The notes below the pieces were generated by a model, which saw only the letters and a program-made list of their open reading frames with translations, made no database searches and had not been told where the DNA came from. A DNA stretch of 64,000 nucleotides from Phoronis australis (lineage: Eukaryota > Animalia > Phoronida). The DNA lies in the NCBI GenBank assembly GCA_002633005.1, contig NMRA01000023.1:1344689-1408688 (forward strand), written 5' to 3'. Both the position numbers and the translations under genes were made by a program. Below, in pieces: positions 40,113-52,062 of this stretch; position 1 is the stretch's first letter; every line of letters starts with the position of its first letter.

Positions 40113-42019
40113 TTAATTATTGTGTTTTACTTTCTTTTAACATATTGCAAAATTTTCGTTCTATCAGTGTGGATACAAGTTATTACGGAACTGTGAATAT
40201 GGTTATGAAAACAGGTGATATTAATATGTGATAAATGCTCTTCCAATCCCAAACCAAACGACTTATTGCATTCTAAAACGTGAGAACGCAATATATTTCG
40301 AGAATATAGGTGTGTGTGTATTCAATAACTATTGAGACGATATCATGACAGGAGTCACACAGTTTATTAGACCTTATTATATCGTGTCTCACAACCGCAT
40401 TCCTCAAGATGTTGACGACGTTATGGTGTTTTGGGGGAACCATTTCCATCGTATATTAACAGAGTCGTGCGTAGAGTGTCGTGTGTAGAGCGTCGTGTGT
40501 AGAGAGTCGCGTTTAGAGAGTCGTGTGTGGAGAGTCGTGTGTGGGTTATGTTTTGAACATTGAGCAGATCTAATTCTTTCTCCCGTGGGAAATACCGTTT
40601 TACACACTTGGAGCGAGTGCTCTTGTCTCTCCTATCAAATTAGCACAGTTTCCTTCAATATGAATGACAAAAAATCCCATAATCCACACAGTACTATTAA
40701 AAGTCACAACAAATTCATATTACGTTGTCTTTTTGTAGCAAAAAGCAACATCAGAACAATTCCAAAGTATAAAATGGGATAATTAAGTTTACAACCAGAC
40801 ATCGCCACAGTAATTGGAATAATTGAGTTCGTAGTTAGGAATTGATTCAAACGAAGATAGCAGAAAGAGTCCTGTTCACACTGTCCGTAGTCAAGTTGAT
40901 GCGATTTGTATGAACTCGCCCCTTCACCCCACTACACTGGCAGCCGAGGTTTTCTCAAAGAGTTGCGCATGGGCAGTAGGAAGACCTTTATTTCTGACTG
41001 AGATTGCAAGGATCTATGACGTGAAGTGTTGACGACTCGGCCGTAGCCCCGCAAGAGATGTCACAATCGAGAGAGAAAAGAAAAATGTCCGCATGAGACC
41101 GTTTTGCATCGTTCCGTTGCAATAGCCGCGGACATGGGACGAGTCGTAACATAATTATTTGTTTTTTCATTTATAAAACTTGTTTTTAGCTTATTTATTA
41201 TGCAATTTCTTTCCATTACTTATAGCCAGCACAGAGGCCAATTTGGTAGCAGAGAGTTCGACCACCCATTAATTTTCAATCCCTAATTCGCCCTCCTCTC
41301 ATGCTTCATTTTTTCGAGTAAAGTGTAGTCCGACTTCATCGATCCTGTGCGTCGAATGAATTCGCATTTTCGATAAAACTGTGGGCATTTATTTCAGTTT
41401 TTGTGACACAATTTGAAAATTAGAGATATGTGGTGTCAGGTTAGTGCCTTTAAACGTAAATTTTAGGATTACAAAACACAAGTAAGTGATTTCTTAAGGG
41501 TGATCCGATTGTGCTGTGACATACATGAAGTAGATCGCGGTGAGGCGAAATCGCTCATACGCTCGATGCTGCGTTACCTCAATATCCGAGTCTTTGAAAA
41601 TATCGGCTCGCGAAACACAAATATTGTTATTTTTTGTTGCAGTACACTTTATTCTAATTTAGGAACTGTAATTGTATATATCAATTTATTCGCAGTTCAT
41701 CGTCCGATTGTCATGTAGACCTACGATATGGTATAAGACACTTATACGCGAAAGCCGTAGCACTTTTTTACTAGGCCTAACGGTGGTATACGACAATGAA
41801 GCCGTGTAGACCACCATATTGGCGTCTTCAACTTCTTAAACGTCACAAATATCTCACCTCTCAATTTCTGCTACTCAACCCAAAGCCGAACAAACCTGGA
41901 AAGACCAATGGGTATATCAACGATACGTAATGTTATGTTAGCTTAAGTTTTCAGCGCTACCATTGCTGCTGTGTGTTCATGTAGTTTTCAGACATTCAAG
42001 AAAACTCTGTTTAATAATT

Positions 42020-42225
42020 TGATGATTACCATGAATGATGACAGTTATGATGACGAAAACGACTGCGATGATCCTGAGGACGACACGACAGTAAAGATAA
42101 CGACGTTGATGATGAATGGTGATGAAGAATGACGATGATGATGATGATGATGATGATGACGATGATGACAAAGACGATGGTGATGATGGTGACTATGACG
42201 ATGATGATGACGATGATGACGATGA
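42020..42225. repeat. (GAT)n degenerate microsatellite
   Basis: gatgatgatgat...gacgatgat runs. Confidence 0.93.
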
Positions 42226-42659
42226 AATTCTGAGGTCAGTGTGGAGTACCGTGTTTGCTCTCAATCTTTTAACGGTGCGAAATACTTCTCAGTAAAGTGG
42301 GTTTCTAGTATAATCAAACGTTAAGATTGCAGTTATTTTGAAATAATTGATAATTAAAGTGTTTTAATTGTGAATGCTGACATGGTGTGATTGTCGAATG
42401 TACTTGTTTTACATGATGAAGAATGAAGCATATGCCAGGAAATCGATCGTCTGTGTATGCATGTGACACGATAAAAAGGAGTGTGGGATTTGTTGATTTT
42501 ACAATTGCGAATTAAGGAGCCTAGCTCTAAATTTCCAACCTATGCAATGTTGGAATGTGCTTCCGCAATCTGTGGATACTTCCTCACACCTTGGTCCAGC
42601 CGTAATGGGTGAAAAATGCGGGCGCCGGGTACAGATAAATTCGACTGTTTCAAACGCTC

Positions 42660-42815
42660 TTGGCGTGAAAATTTCTCCTGGCAAGAAATTTTCTCCTGGC
42701 ATGAAATTCTATGTCCTGGCGTGATAAACTTTGTGTCCTGTCGAGATAAATTTTCGGTCCTGGTGTGTTAAATTTTGGTCCTGACGTGATAAATTATAGG
42801 TTCTGGCGCGATAAC
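42660..42815. repeat. Degenerate ~20-bp tandem repeat
   Basis: Recurring tcctggcgtgataaattt-like units. Confidence 0.75.
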
Positions 42816-45800
42816 TTTTTTGTTTAGGGTTTTGAGTATATTTTTGGTCTTGCAGAATTTAGTTCTCGAAAAAAATTTATGTCCTGAATTTTTTCCGCTT
42901 TGGCTTTCCAAACGAAACTGCGATTAGTAACATATAGACTTTCTGAGGCAGTGGGCAAATTGGAAAACGCACTTCAAAGATATCAAGTGAATTTCAAAAG
43001 AAATTGAAGACCTATTGCTAGCGCTGCTTCTTGTTACGACTTCAACTTTTCTGAATGCCCTGCTGGGCAAACTATGCGTCCAGCCCGAGTCATCACTATT
43101 ACAGTGTTATGACATGAGATTCTCATTTAGAACGACATTAGCTACTTAAAAGTTCGTTGCCAGATCATCAGATTGGATAAATTACTGCTAACATAGCTTT
43201 TTGTTTTGTTTTCCCATGAGGTGCGATAGAGGAAATGCAACCACGGAATAGGATATCAGCGGTTGCGGTAGAGTTCGTGGATAGCTTCTTATCCTGCTGT
43301 GGTACGTGGCTGAAACTCACGTAGTTGCTTACCACGCAAACAAAGGTGGCCTGCATAGGTTGCGATGACTCCTGTTTTGTTTTTTCCATTGAATCGTGGA
43401 AAGCAGTAAAAGCCGTGCAGGGTGTGCAAGGGAAGGGTTTGTCCCGAAATTTGCCTCGCTTCGCATCCGCACTATCCGAAAGTGCGTCAACGCCAACTAG
43501 GAGTGTTGATGACCACCATTTTCCTTGTGTCAAAATGTGTGTGCTCTTAGGTATTGGAACTGCGAAGAAATGAATTGCGAATTATTTCAGAAAATGCAAC
43601 ACATGTTCTCGGAAATCGATTTTGATTGATCTCTGACTACACAGAGAAACTAGTCACTTCGGAGATGCCCCAAGAGAAGCACAACGTCATTTTTTATAAT
43701 TCCCTCTTGTTGTGCAATGGAGGGTGCGCGCCATGCTACGCTAACTCAAAAGACGAAACACGCGTAATTCAGTTGCACTTACGTTTGATGTATCCAATCT
43801 GTCAAGGTAGCAATGATTTGCCAGGAAGACTCCCTGGAAACATAGTGGACACTGCTCTTAATACTCACAATTCGTTAGTTAGTCCTATGGCTTGCCTTAC
43901 CTTTTTAAACGAAAAAGGTCAGGTGACCGGTGTTCCTATCAAATTGGTATGCACTCAATTGAAATAACGGTATGGTACCCTTTTTGATTTGTTTGAAATT
44001 GACACTATACAACATTTTATGAGTTTTTACAAGTTCTGATTTTTTCAAACAAACAAGTCTAATTTTAGTGGACAAAACACACCTTGAAAGAATTGACAGT
44101 CTTATGACTAGTGTTAATAAATATTCACTGTATAGATCTGAACCATATATTCCAGATTTTAGGAGTATGAACAATTACAGTAGGTAAATGTCCTGTTTTC
44201 CCAAAAACATCTACACTGAAGTGATGATCGCGTGCATAAGTCTTGGTCGAGTAACTAAGATCTACATGTAATTGGAATGAATGAGGTAATGAGTAAGGCC
44301 AACGAGAGGCGGAAAATGAAATGTTGATGACCTAGACGATCGGTAGAATTCCTTGTGTAAATATCACTAACCCTTTGTTTTTATTGGTAAAAAAGGCTGG
44401 CCACAAGTTGGCTTTCGTTTTCACGTCTAGTTTCTCCCGCAAATATTCCATAGCAGCACTCTCTTGTGTTTTACATTTTTTTTCTTTTGTCATTCCTTGT
44501 TGACTTGCTGAATTGCAGTGGATGTCTCCCTTGGTTCCGTGGTGAGACGTATTGTCCAACACCACCCAACCACGTGGTGTCAGCAGTCGAGAGTAATGAT
44601 GGCTCTCGGAAGGCAGTGAATGATCAAGTACGCATGCGCTCTGCGGAGTACAAGCAGAAGTCATTGGCATTATATTGCCAGCAATGTTTCAGATTTTGCT
44701 GAAGACACCCATTAAATTTTCCGCGATTATTGTTAGAAAATGGAAAGACACGCGGATTTTGGTATTATCGTATCCAGGCGAAAGATCGACAGTCACTTGT
44801 TTCGACGTATAACTTTCAAAAATCGATTTAATTTCAGTTTTAACCGTCATTTTCACTTAACTCCTGCCTCTACTCTTTAATGCCGTATCTATTTGAAAAC
44901 GATTTGAAATTTGCAGCGTCTTTATTGGTAAAATGTAAATGGCATTGCGATAAAGACATTAAAATTTCAAGCAAAGTATGACTTGTGCAGAAGAACAGGG
45001 TTGTAGCAGAGGCATGGTTTTTACTAGGCTGTGGCCACTGTGACAAATTTGTTAGTGTACGTGAGTAAGGTCACGTGGTTTTGCGTTACCTAGCTTTTCT
45101 CACCTGAAACTTGCTCTACGGAAATGAATTTTGCAGTTGCGAGTTACGCGAGATCTCGAAAGTCGTCGCGGAACGCGTGTTTTACTAGCATTATGGAATG
45201 CGCTTTTTTGCTTTGCATATGGCGAGATTTTGCGACACAGGCCAAGTGGTATCTGTGACACGCAGATAATAAAGGGGTGAATACTCTTAATTGCAATAAA
45301 TATTTGTCGCACTTGTGAGTCGAGGGAGTAGATACCGGGATTAGTGACATCGATAGATACTTATTGAATTATTTATTTATTCTATTAATTGATTTATGGT
45401 ATCGTGAGCGTTTGTTACTGTCGTTTATCAGAATTCATTGATTTTGTGTTTTTTTCTGCCTAAAGACTTAACAGTGTGGCGGTTCGCTAATTTCTGTAGT
45501 CCGGCTTTCGAAATACACGCTGGCCCGGTGGCCCGGGGCCAGTGGATTTGCCAGTAAATTTTCACATATAAGCCTATCTGGATGTGGTCTCATATTCAAG
45601 TAACTGGCCCGCCGGCCAGCACATTTATTTGCCGAAGGTCGAACACTGTTGTGGTTCGCCCAGTGGGGTCATGCTTGGCCAACCATATCAGTAAAGGTAT
45701 TTTGTATTCAGGGCTAGGCCTGCATTCGCTAAGTGCGTGTGCAAACAGATATTTGAACTCTCTATTTGTGAGCGCAAGCGTACCTTATGGCCACCGTTCT

Positions 45801-48559
45801 TCCACGAGACACCAACCTGAGAATCGCCGTCAATACCGTCAGGTGGTTAGGATCCATCCAGGAATGTCTGTGCATGTTTATGTGAATTAACTGGGCAAGC
45901 ATTTTCTACTGATAAACTGCACAGCTAGTGTCAGGCGATGTCAAAAAGCAACTCAACCACCTACGATGTTGTTATGATCATTATCAGTATCAATATTCAG
46001 CTTCAATTCATCTTAGAAAGAGAAAAATTCATCCACAATTAACATTTTTGAATAGAAGAAACGTGACATTTCTAGATTATTACATATTTACAGTGTGCGA
46101 TTGGTCTCGGGCAAAGTGGGTGTTATCTATTGCGTAACCAATAGTGGTAAAACTAATGACCATCTAATGTATTTCAAGTTACAAAAAACAATATACATAG
46201 GCCTGCATAAGTAACCTCAGATTTCTGGATGTCTGATAGCTTGGAGGTCCCGCAAAACTTTGTTTGTATTTTTGAAGATGAGCACGAGCACTATTCCAAA
46301 CTTTTGCTATGTATCGACCTACTGTATGTTGTGAATATTATGTCGTTATCTTTGTTTGAAATCCCACCATACGTTTATTATTATTATAATTATTTAGCGT
46401 GTATTTTTGGGGGTTTTCCTTGCACTAGAAGGTACGATCATTGCACACTGAACTACCCCTAGGTTCAAAGAGTAATTGTACAGACAACCTGCACTACACG
46501 TGTCTATATCAAATTAAACTTGGCTTGCTGACTTTTATCAGCTTCGCCCCGGTGGTCTGACTTGACCATAAACCCCGTTCCATCCAATTACCATAAATAT
46601 ACTGGAAAGTTGAAAGGAAGCTCATCTATATAAAAGGTGGATGCTGGGAAGACGAAAAGTGTGCGCCGGAGCTGGGTTCTCTCGCAATCCAGTCCGACTG
46701 GCGGTTTAATTAGCCCGATTTTCACAGTCTGTTTCGTGACGTATGTCCGAGCCGTGTAAATTGAGATTAAGACAGTCCTGACCTTTGCATTAAACAAAAA
46801 ATGTTTAATCAGCGTCTCATGTTAGTTATTCGGATGCTAAAAATACTACCTAAGCGTTTTAGAAAAGGGAAGAGTTCCACTCTCTCTGTCTCTTCCTAAA
46901 AATACTATGAAAAGCATTGGCGAATCATTCGACATCTCTCCAAAACATATATTCCAAATACTACCTATCAAGGTAGTCCTTGCCATTAACTTCTTTGTGC
47001 TGTCGTTTCACGGAATTTCGCGTCTCATTTTTGTCTCAATTTCTTGCAAGACGTCAGGGTAAAAAAGTTTGAAAACATTTCGGCCAGGAATAATGGCGGA
47101 TTTTACACATACTTTGCAACTGCTCTATAATCCACGGTTCCACGGAGCGGATAGTGGGCTTTCGTCTTTTTGAAGACCGAGACTTCCTGACTGTACCTTA
47201 AATTTATCTGATGAGAGATCGTCTATCAAGTCAGAAAAACGGTCTGCTGAAGAAAGGACGTGTTCATTGCATAGACACATCTTTTTAGTTGCGAACCAAT
47301 TAACTTGCGACTACAAATGCCGTTTAGTTAATGAAGATAATGAAGATGGGTTGTATCTGAAGTAAAAGATCTATTTCATGGACTTACATGTAAAAATCTC
47401 AGTCTTCATGAGTTGCTACAATCAAGTTTTCATCTTGAAGAAACACTGGATTTTTGTCAGTGAGTTACTGAAGATGAACTAGTAACAATTCAGTTACAAC
47501 GATTTTTTTGTTTTAATGAAAAGACGACTAACCTGAAACGCGGATTTCCGTCTTTTTCAAATGTTCTGTCCGCACATTTTATTATATTTCCGCGTAAAAA
47601 AAAAATCGGATTTGATATAAAATTTCCGCAGCAAATTCCTTTCTTACCGCGGCGTTGCCGACGACGTTCACCTCGAAAAGCGGAAGTTGCTCTTTATGTT
47701 TCGGAGGAACGTAAATTGTCAACATTGCCGGGGTATCTGGGATAGCGTGGTGGGATTTTCAATGGCGTCTCGTGTGATTGTAAACCGCGGTGACAAATAC
47801 TACGGCTCTGCAGCCAAAAATGTGTGGGGGGTGGGAGTGGAGGAGTGGATGGACGAAATAAAAAGACGCAGACGTATGCTACTGATGGTGGTAATGTTTT
47901 GTTTTTTTTAGTCCTACTGATTTTTGTCGGCGAAAGGTTCACATCGACTATTTCAAGGGTAGCGCGCATGTTTTGGGCCGTAAAAGTTTCCGCGTTTTTT
48001 GTCATTGGTAATTCCGAGCCCTGTGTTATGTACTGTTGTAATGTTACGAAAAGGTGACGTAAAACTCGTGGGAGTCGAAAAGACATCTAAAATCTAAAGC
48101 ACCAACGTTTTCCACCATTTTGACTTGGGATAACAGGAAAAACTCTAGATGCCCTCAGGTTTCAGATTTTTGTCCAGGCACTTACGTGTAAATATGAGGG
48201 AACATTCATTGTATTGTCGTCATTTCAGTCTGTCCGTTCTGTTATTTGACTCCCCCTCAACTAAATCTCTCGAATTGAAGACCGTCGTGAGTCTTGCACG
48301 TGTTTCTTTCACCTATTGTATGGGCTACATGGCTTTCCAGATTTATTCAATTACTGCGATGTTCTCCACCGGTAATTTCATTATTAGCTTTGCCACTGTG
48401 CTAAACTTTCAATTTCTGTTCCCATCTTAGAAACAACTGTTCCGGACCATTTTCGGATGAACTCGATACTGTCAGCGCCTTCAAGTGGTAGTTATCGTTC
48501 TTATCGTTCTTTGGTGTCCATATCTTAATTTGAAGTATCCTTGTAATTTTTAGCAATTA

Positions 48560-48910
48560 TGTAATTATCGAGCAAACTTGATTGAAAACACGACTGCACT
48601 TTTTGTAAGACAGCTTGCTATAACCTAGCTTGTAATCAAAGCACAATTTCCGAACTTCCGGTGTGCAGTCGCAAAGAAAATTGCCAATAGGCATTACAAA
48701 CAAATAAGTTAAAATAGAAGCTATATTGCGAGAGCGCACATCTCATCCTCAGGTAAAGTAAACGTTATGGAAGCGAAATAAACAGCGAGATAACAATAAA
48801 AGAGGTAGAAAGGCATACAAGCCTGAGAGAGTGTGAATGTGGCACACGGTGGGAATCCAACAACTCTAACGGAACAGAACCGGCGTGCGATTAGCACCTG
48901 TGAACTTCGA
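48560..48910 (-). mobile_element. Penelope-like element 5' fragment (pseudo-LTR with hammerhead remnant plus ORF N-terminus), copy 1
   Basis: Aligns with 58450-58780. The minus strand reads CTGAGGA-T-GAGA-loop-TCTC-GCAA-TATAGC, then ATG 48694 MPIGNFLCDCTPEVRKLCFDYKLGYSKLSYKKCSRVFNQVC, which resembles Penelope ORF N-termini (KL....S.VFN..C). Confidence 0.6.
48716..48757 (-). ncRNA. Decayed minimal hammerhead ribozyme motif (GAAA box mutated to GCAA)
   Basis: CUGAGGA at 48752-48746, stem II GAGA/UCUC, GCAA at 48729-48726, then UAUA (putative AUA cleavage triplet). Confidence 0.5.
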
Positions 48911-49095
48911 ATTCAGCAGAGGTTTTTCTTGACTGGTCAGCAGAGTCTCCAAAATCTTTAACAGAAATGGGTCATTTTCTATTTCGCCACTGTATGTAGA
49001 AAATTACCCAGAAAGGCACTGAGTTCCTGGACCCAGACACTGCTTCGACGCCACTAAGCAGGGCTCACGGACTTTTTGCGGTAGTCGTACACTTT

Positions 49096-49461
49096 GGGTC
49101 CGTTTCAAGAAACTGAAATAAGTACATTTTTGACTTAGGTCTCTAAGATTTGTCTCAACTTCCAAACAGTGAAAGTTCCACATCCAGTGTGTTAGTCGAA
49201 CCCTAAGACAAAACCCAGGTCAAAAACTTAGTCGAATTCAAGATCACTTTCTTGAAACGGCTTTAAGACAAATTGAAGTTTTATCTTAAACTGATATAGA
49301 TTTGTCTTGGCTACGTTAGTTTTATCTTAAACTGATATAGATTTGTCTTAGCTACGTTAGTTTTATCTTAAACTGATATACATTTGTCTTGGCTACGTTA
49401 GTTTTTATCTTAAACTGATATAGATTTGTCTTGGCTACGTTAGTTTCTTTGTTACGGTCCC
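49096..49461. mobile_element. Second copy of the same Harbinger-type MITE, opposite orientation, with an internal tandem expansion
   Basis: gggtccgtttcaagaaact...agtttctttgttacggtccc. The left part aligns with the reverse complement of 55960-56090 (tttttgactta.gtct, atttgtctcaacttc, tgaaa.tt.cacatcc). Confidence 0.75.
49277..49441. repeat. 41-bp tandem repeat, 4 copies, inside the MITE
   Basis: Unit agttttatcttaaactgatatagatttgtcttggctacgtt at 49277, 49318, 49359 and 49400. Confidence 0.95.
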
Positions 49462-51793
49462 TTGTTTCTTAATCATGTGTGTCAGAGAGCAGTGTTTTTG
49501 GGTGTGTAAGTCGTATTTTATTCGTGGGGCCCTGTTCGTGAGTCAGTGAAGTGAGTTTTCAGGTCCGCGATCAGTGTTAATGTCGAGTGTCTGAGCTGTG
49601 TTGTTCGGGTAGCCTTCTAAACGCTTGACTGGTTTTCGCGAAATGTAGCGCTAACGAAATGCGTTTTTAAAGGAGAAAAGGGCACCTGTCAATACTCCAC
49701 CGCGATGAGTCCCCTTGTGATATATTTTCAGTTTGACTTCTCTGTTGAACACGTTCAACTCTGCCAAGAGATTTTTTACCTGAAAATGGGAGAGTTATTT
49801 TTTGACGTTTCTGACTAGTGCAGCTGCAACTGCTGGCCAAGTTAGTTTCTAGTTTGTTAGACATGGAATTAGTGGACACCCCTAATGACATGTCGTTTGC
49901 AATGCACCAGCTTAGGTATTGCCATTTCATCACGTAGAATAAAATTGTGTTGTTGAACATGTGCACTTGAATTTGGGCAAGTGACTAGAATGTACGAATT
50001 TTTCAAAGAGCTCGATTACGTTCCGTAAGATACCAGAACATAAACTAATGTTTTAAAAGGAAATGTCCTTCTAAATTATCGCCTATGCAATAAAATCTTG
50101 AAATACGTGATTATCCAATTATCTGACTGTCTAAAGCATTACGATCAAGAGATCATCCGCCATTGTTACTGATTCATCAACTTAGCTATGCCGCACTGGG
50201 CTGATAGCCCTTACGTGCATTTTACCACGTGATAATTAATTCCGCAAGCCAGGGATAATATTTGAGCAAAATATACTGAAAACCGGAGCACTCGACAAAT
50301 CCAGACTTACCCGCCAATAAACTTGGTCCTTTTTAGTTGTGAACCTTGCAATAAAGTTACATTCTGTCGTATTACCAATGCAATTTACTTGGCCATAAGT
50401 TAAAGCCGTCCGTTGACAGACACGTTTTCCTACAAGGCCAAGGTCAAACCTGTTTTGCACATTTGTGACAAAAAGAGAGATAATTGCGGGTATAAATGTT
50501 TCTATACATATTGCTTAATTGCTTAGAATCGGCAAATCGGTGAGCATTTCCAATACCGGGGCTTCGGCGTCCACTAGCGATGTATTGTCTGTACCCGATT
50601 GATATGTTGCGTGGTAGGCACCCGCAGTATTGTGGACATTGTCGTGCTGATCTTTTTCAGTGGGTGATGAAAATCATTTTGTATCAAGGTATTGACAGGT
50701 TCGAGACAGTTTTGTGTGACTGAGTAGGCCTAATCTGTTTTATAATTTACGTTTTAGTGATGAGTGGAGATGGGGTAATTGGGGTCTTAATTGCTTGGCA
50801 ACAATTAACTATGTCAACTCTCGATTCCATGGGTCGTATTTAATGTCTCTTGTATCTTTCCACATTTGTCGTTAGTCGCGCCAACCATGTCGTCCTTCGT
50901 CCTGATCAAAAATTCAACCCAGCCACCATGTTTTCATCATCTGACTGTCGTGACGCTTTGGTCGCCCATACTCCAGTTTCTAGTAAGCTTAGTAATTAAG
51001 TAATACATGACTTATGAATGGCACAGACCCACCGGGGTTCGCAGCCTTCGCCGCAAACGCAAATACAAACACGTAGTTCAAGAGTATCAGTGATATTAGA
51101 CCTGGCGATTTTATCCTAGTTCAGTGGAGTTAGTGGAGCGAATTGTACGTTAAGCCATCGGCGTAGCCAAATTTCATCTGTTTTAATCAACAAACTTGCA
51201 AAATTAAGTGGAAATGGAGCCCTGTTTCAGTTGTCTTGGTTTAATTTGTAATTCTATACCTGAGCTTCTTTAAAAGTTTGGCATTCTTGCCGTTGTTGGT
51301 CAAAACAAATGTCCGACAGCTTTAGTAGCTCGATTACTCAGTAGTGCCACTATAGTACATGTTTATGTCCATCTGGTAACACTTCCCGTGTACGCCAATA
51401 CGCCATTTACTATGTAAACTAGCATTGGCGGGTATTATCTTACTCATATTCACATGATATCCAGTACTAACACTAATAACCATGCGTGTAGTAGGGAGCG
51501 CCAAAGGGTTCTTAAACGAGTATGTGGAATTCCAAGCCTGTCAGTGCCGGTTTTACACGTTAACGCGTGAAGGTTTGACTACTAAACGCGATAATCTATT
51601 TCATATCGGGTTAATGCACTGTGAAGGTGAACATTCGTCTCACAATGTTCCTCGACCAAGGCTGATTGGTTACATGAGCGGGCTGGTTATTTATTCTTAA
51701 ATACCACAAATTTGTCCTGTATTTATGCATGAGTTTTTTTTCTGAAACTGGTAGAACCTATGGAATCCGTTCTTGTTATCGTCTTGTTGACAT

Positions 51794-52062
51794 ATTCAAT
51801 ACTTGCGCTAGTAATGTATAAAGTGTCATTCAATACCTGCGCTAGTAATGTATAAAGCGTCATTCAATACCTGCGCTAGTAACGTATAAAGCGTCATTTA
51901 ATACCTGCGCTACTAATGAATAAAGCGTCATTCAATACCTGCGTTAGTAATGTATAAAGCGTCATTCAATACCTGCGCTACTAATGAATAAAGCGTCATT
52001 CAATACCTGCGCTAGTAATGTATAAAGCGTCATTCAATACTTGCGCTACTACTGTGTAAAGC
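51794..52062. repeat. 34-bp minisatellite, 8 copies
   Basis: Unit attcaatacctgcgctagtaatgtataaagcgtc at 34-bp periodicity with no spacers. Confidence 0.97.

Noticed and set aside
44332-44670. Minus-strand ORF with AMEYLREK, reminiscent of Harbinger Myb/SANT accessory proteins
   Set aside because: Only a few residues of resemblance, with no Myb domain or flanking TIRs seen.
47205-47502. Two CTGANGA motifs (near 47208 and 47468) with loose downstream stems
   Set aside because: Neither has a correctly placed GAAA. They are too degenerate to call, though a very old Penelope end is not excluded.
51794-52062. 34-bp repeat array of CRISPR-like unit length
   Set aside because: Units are contiguous with no unique spacers, there are no cas genes, and the context is eukaryotic. 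It is a minisatellite. The same applies to the 23-bp and 41-bp arrays.
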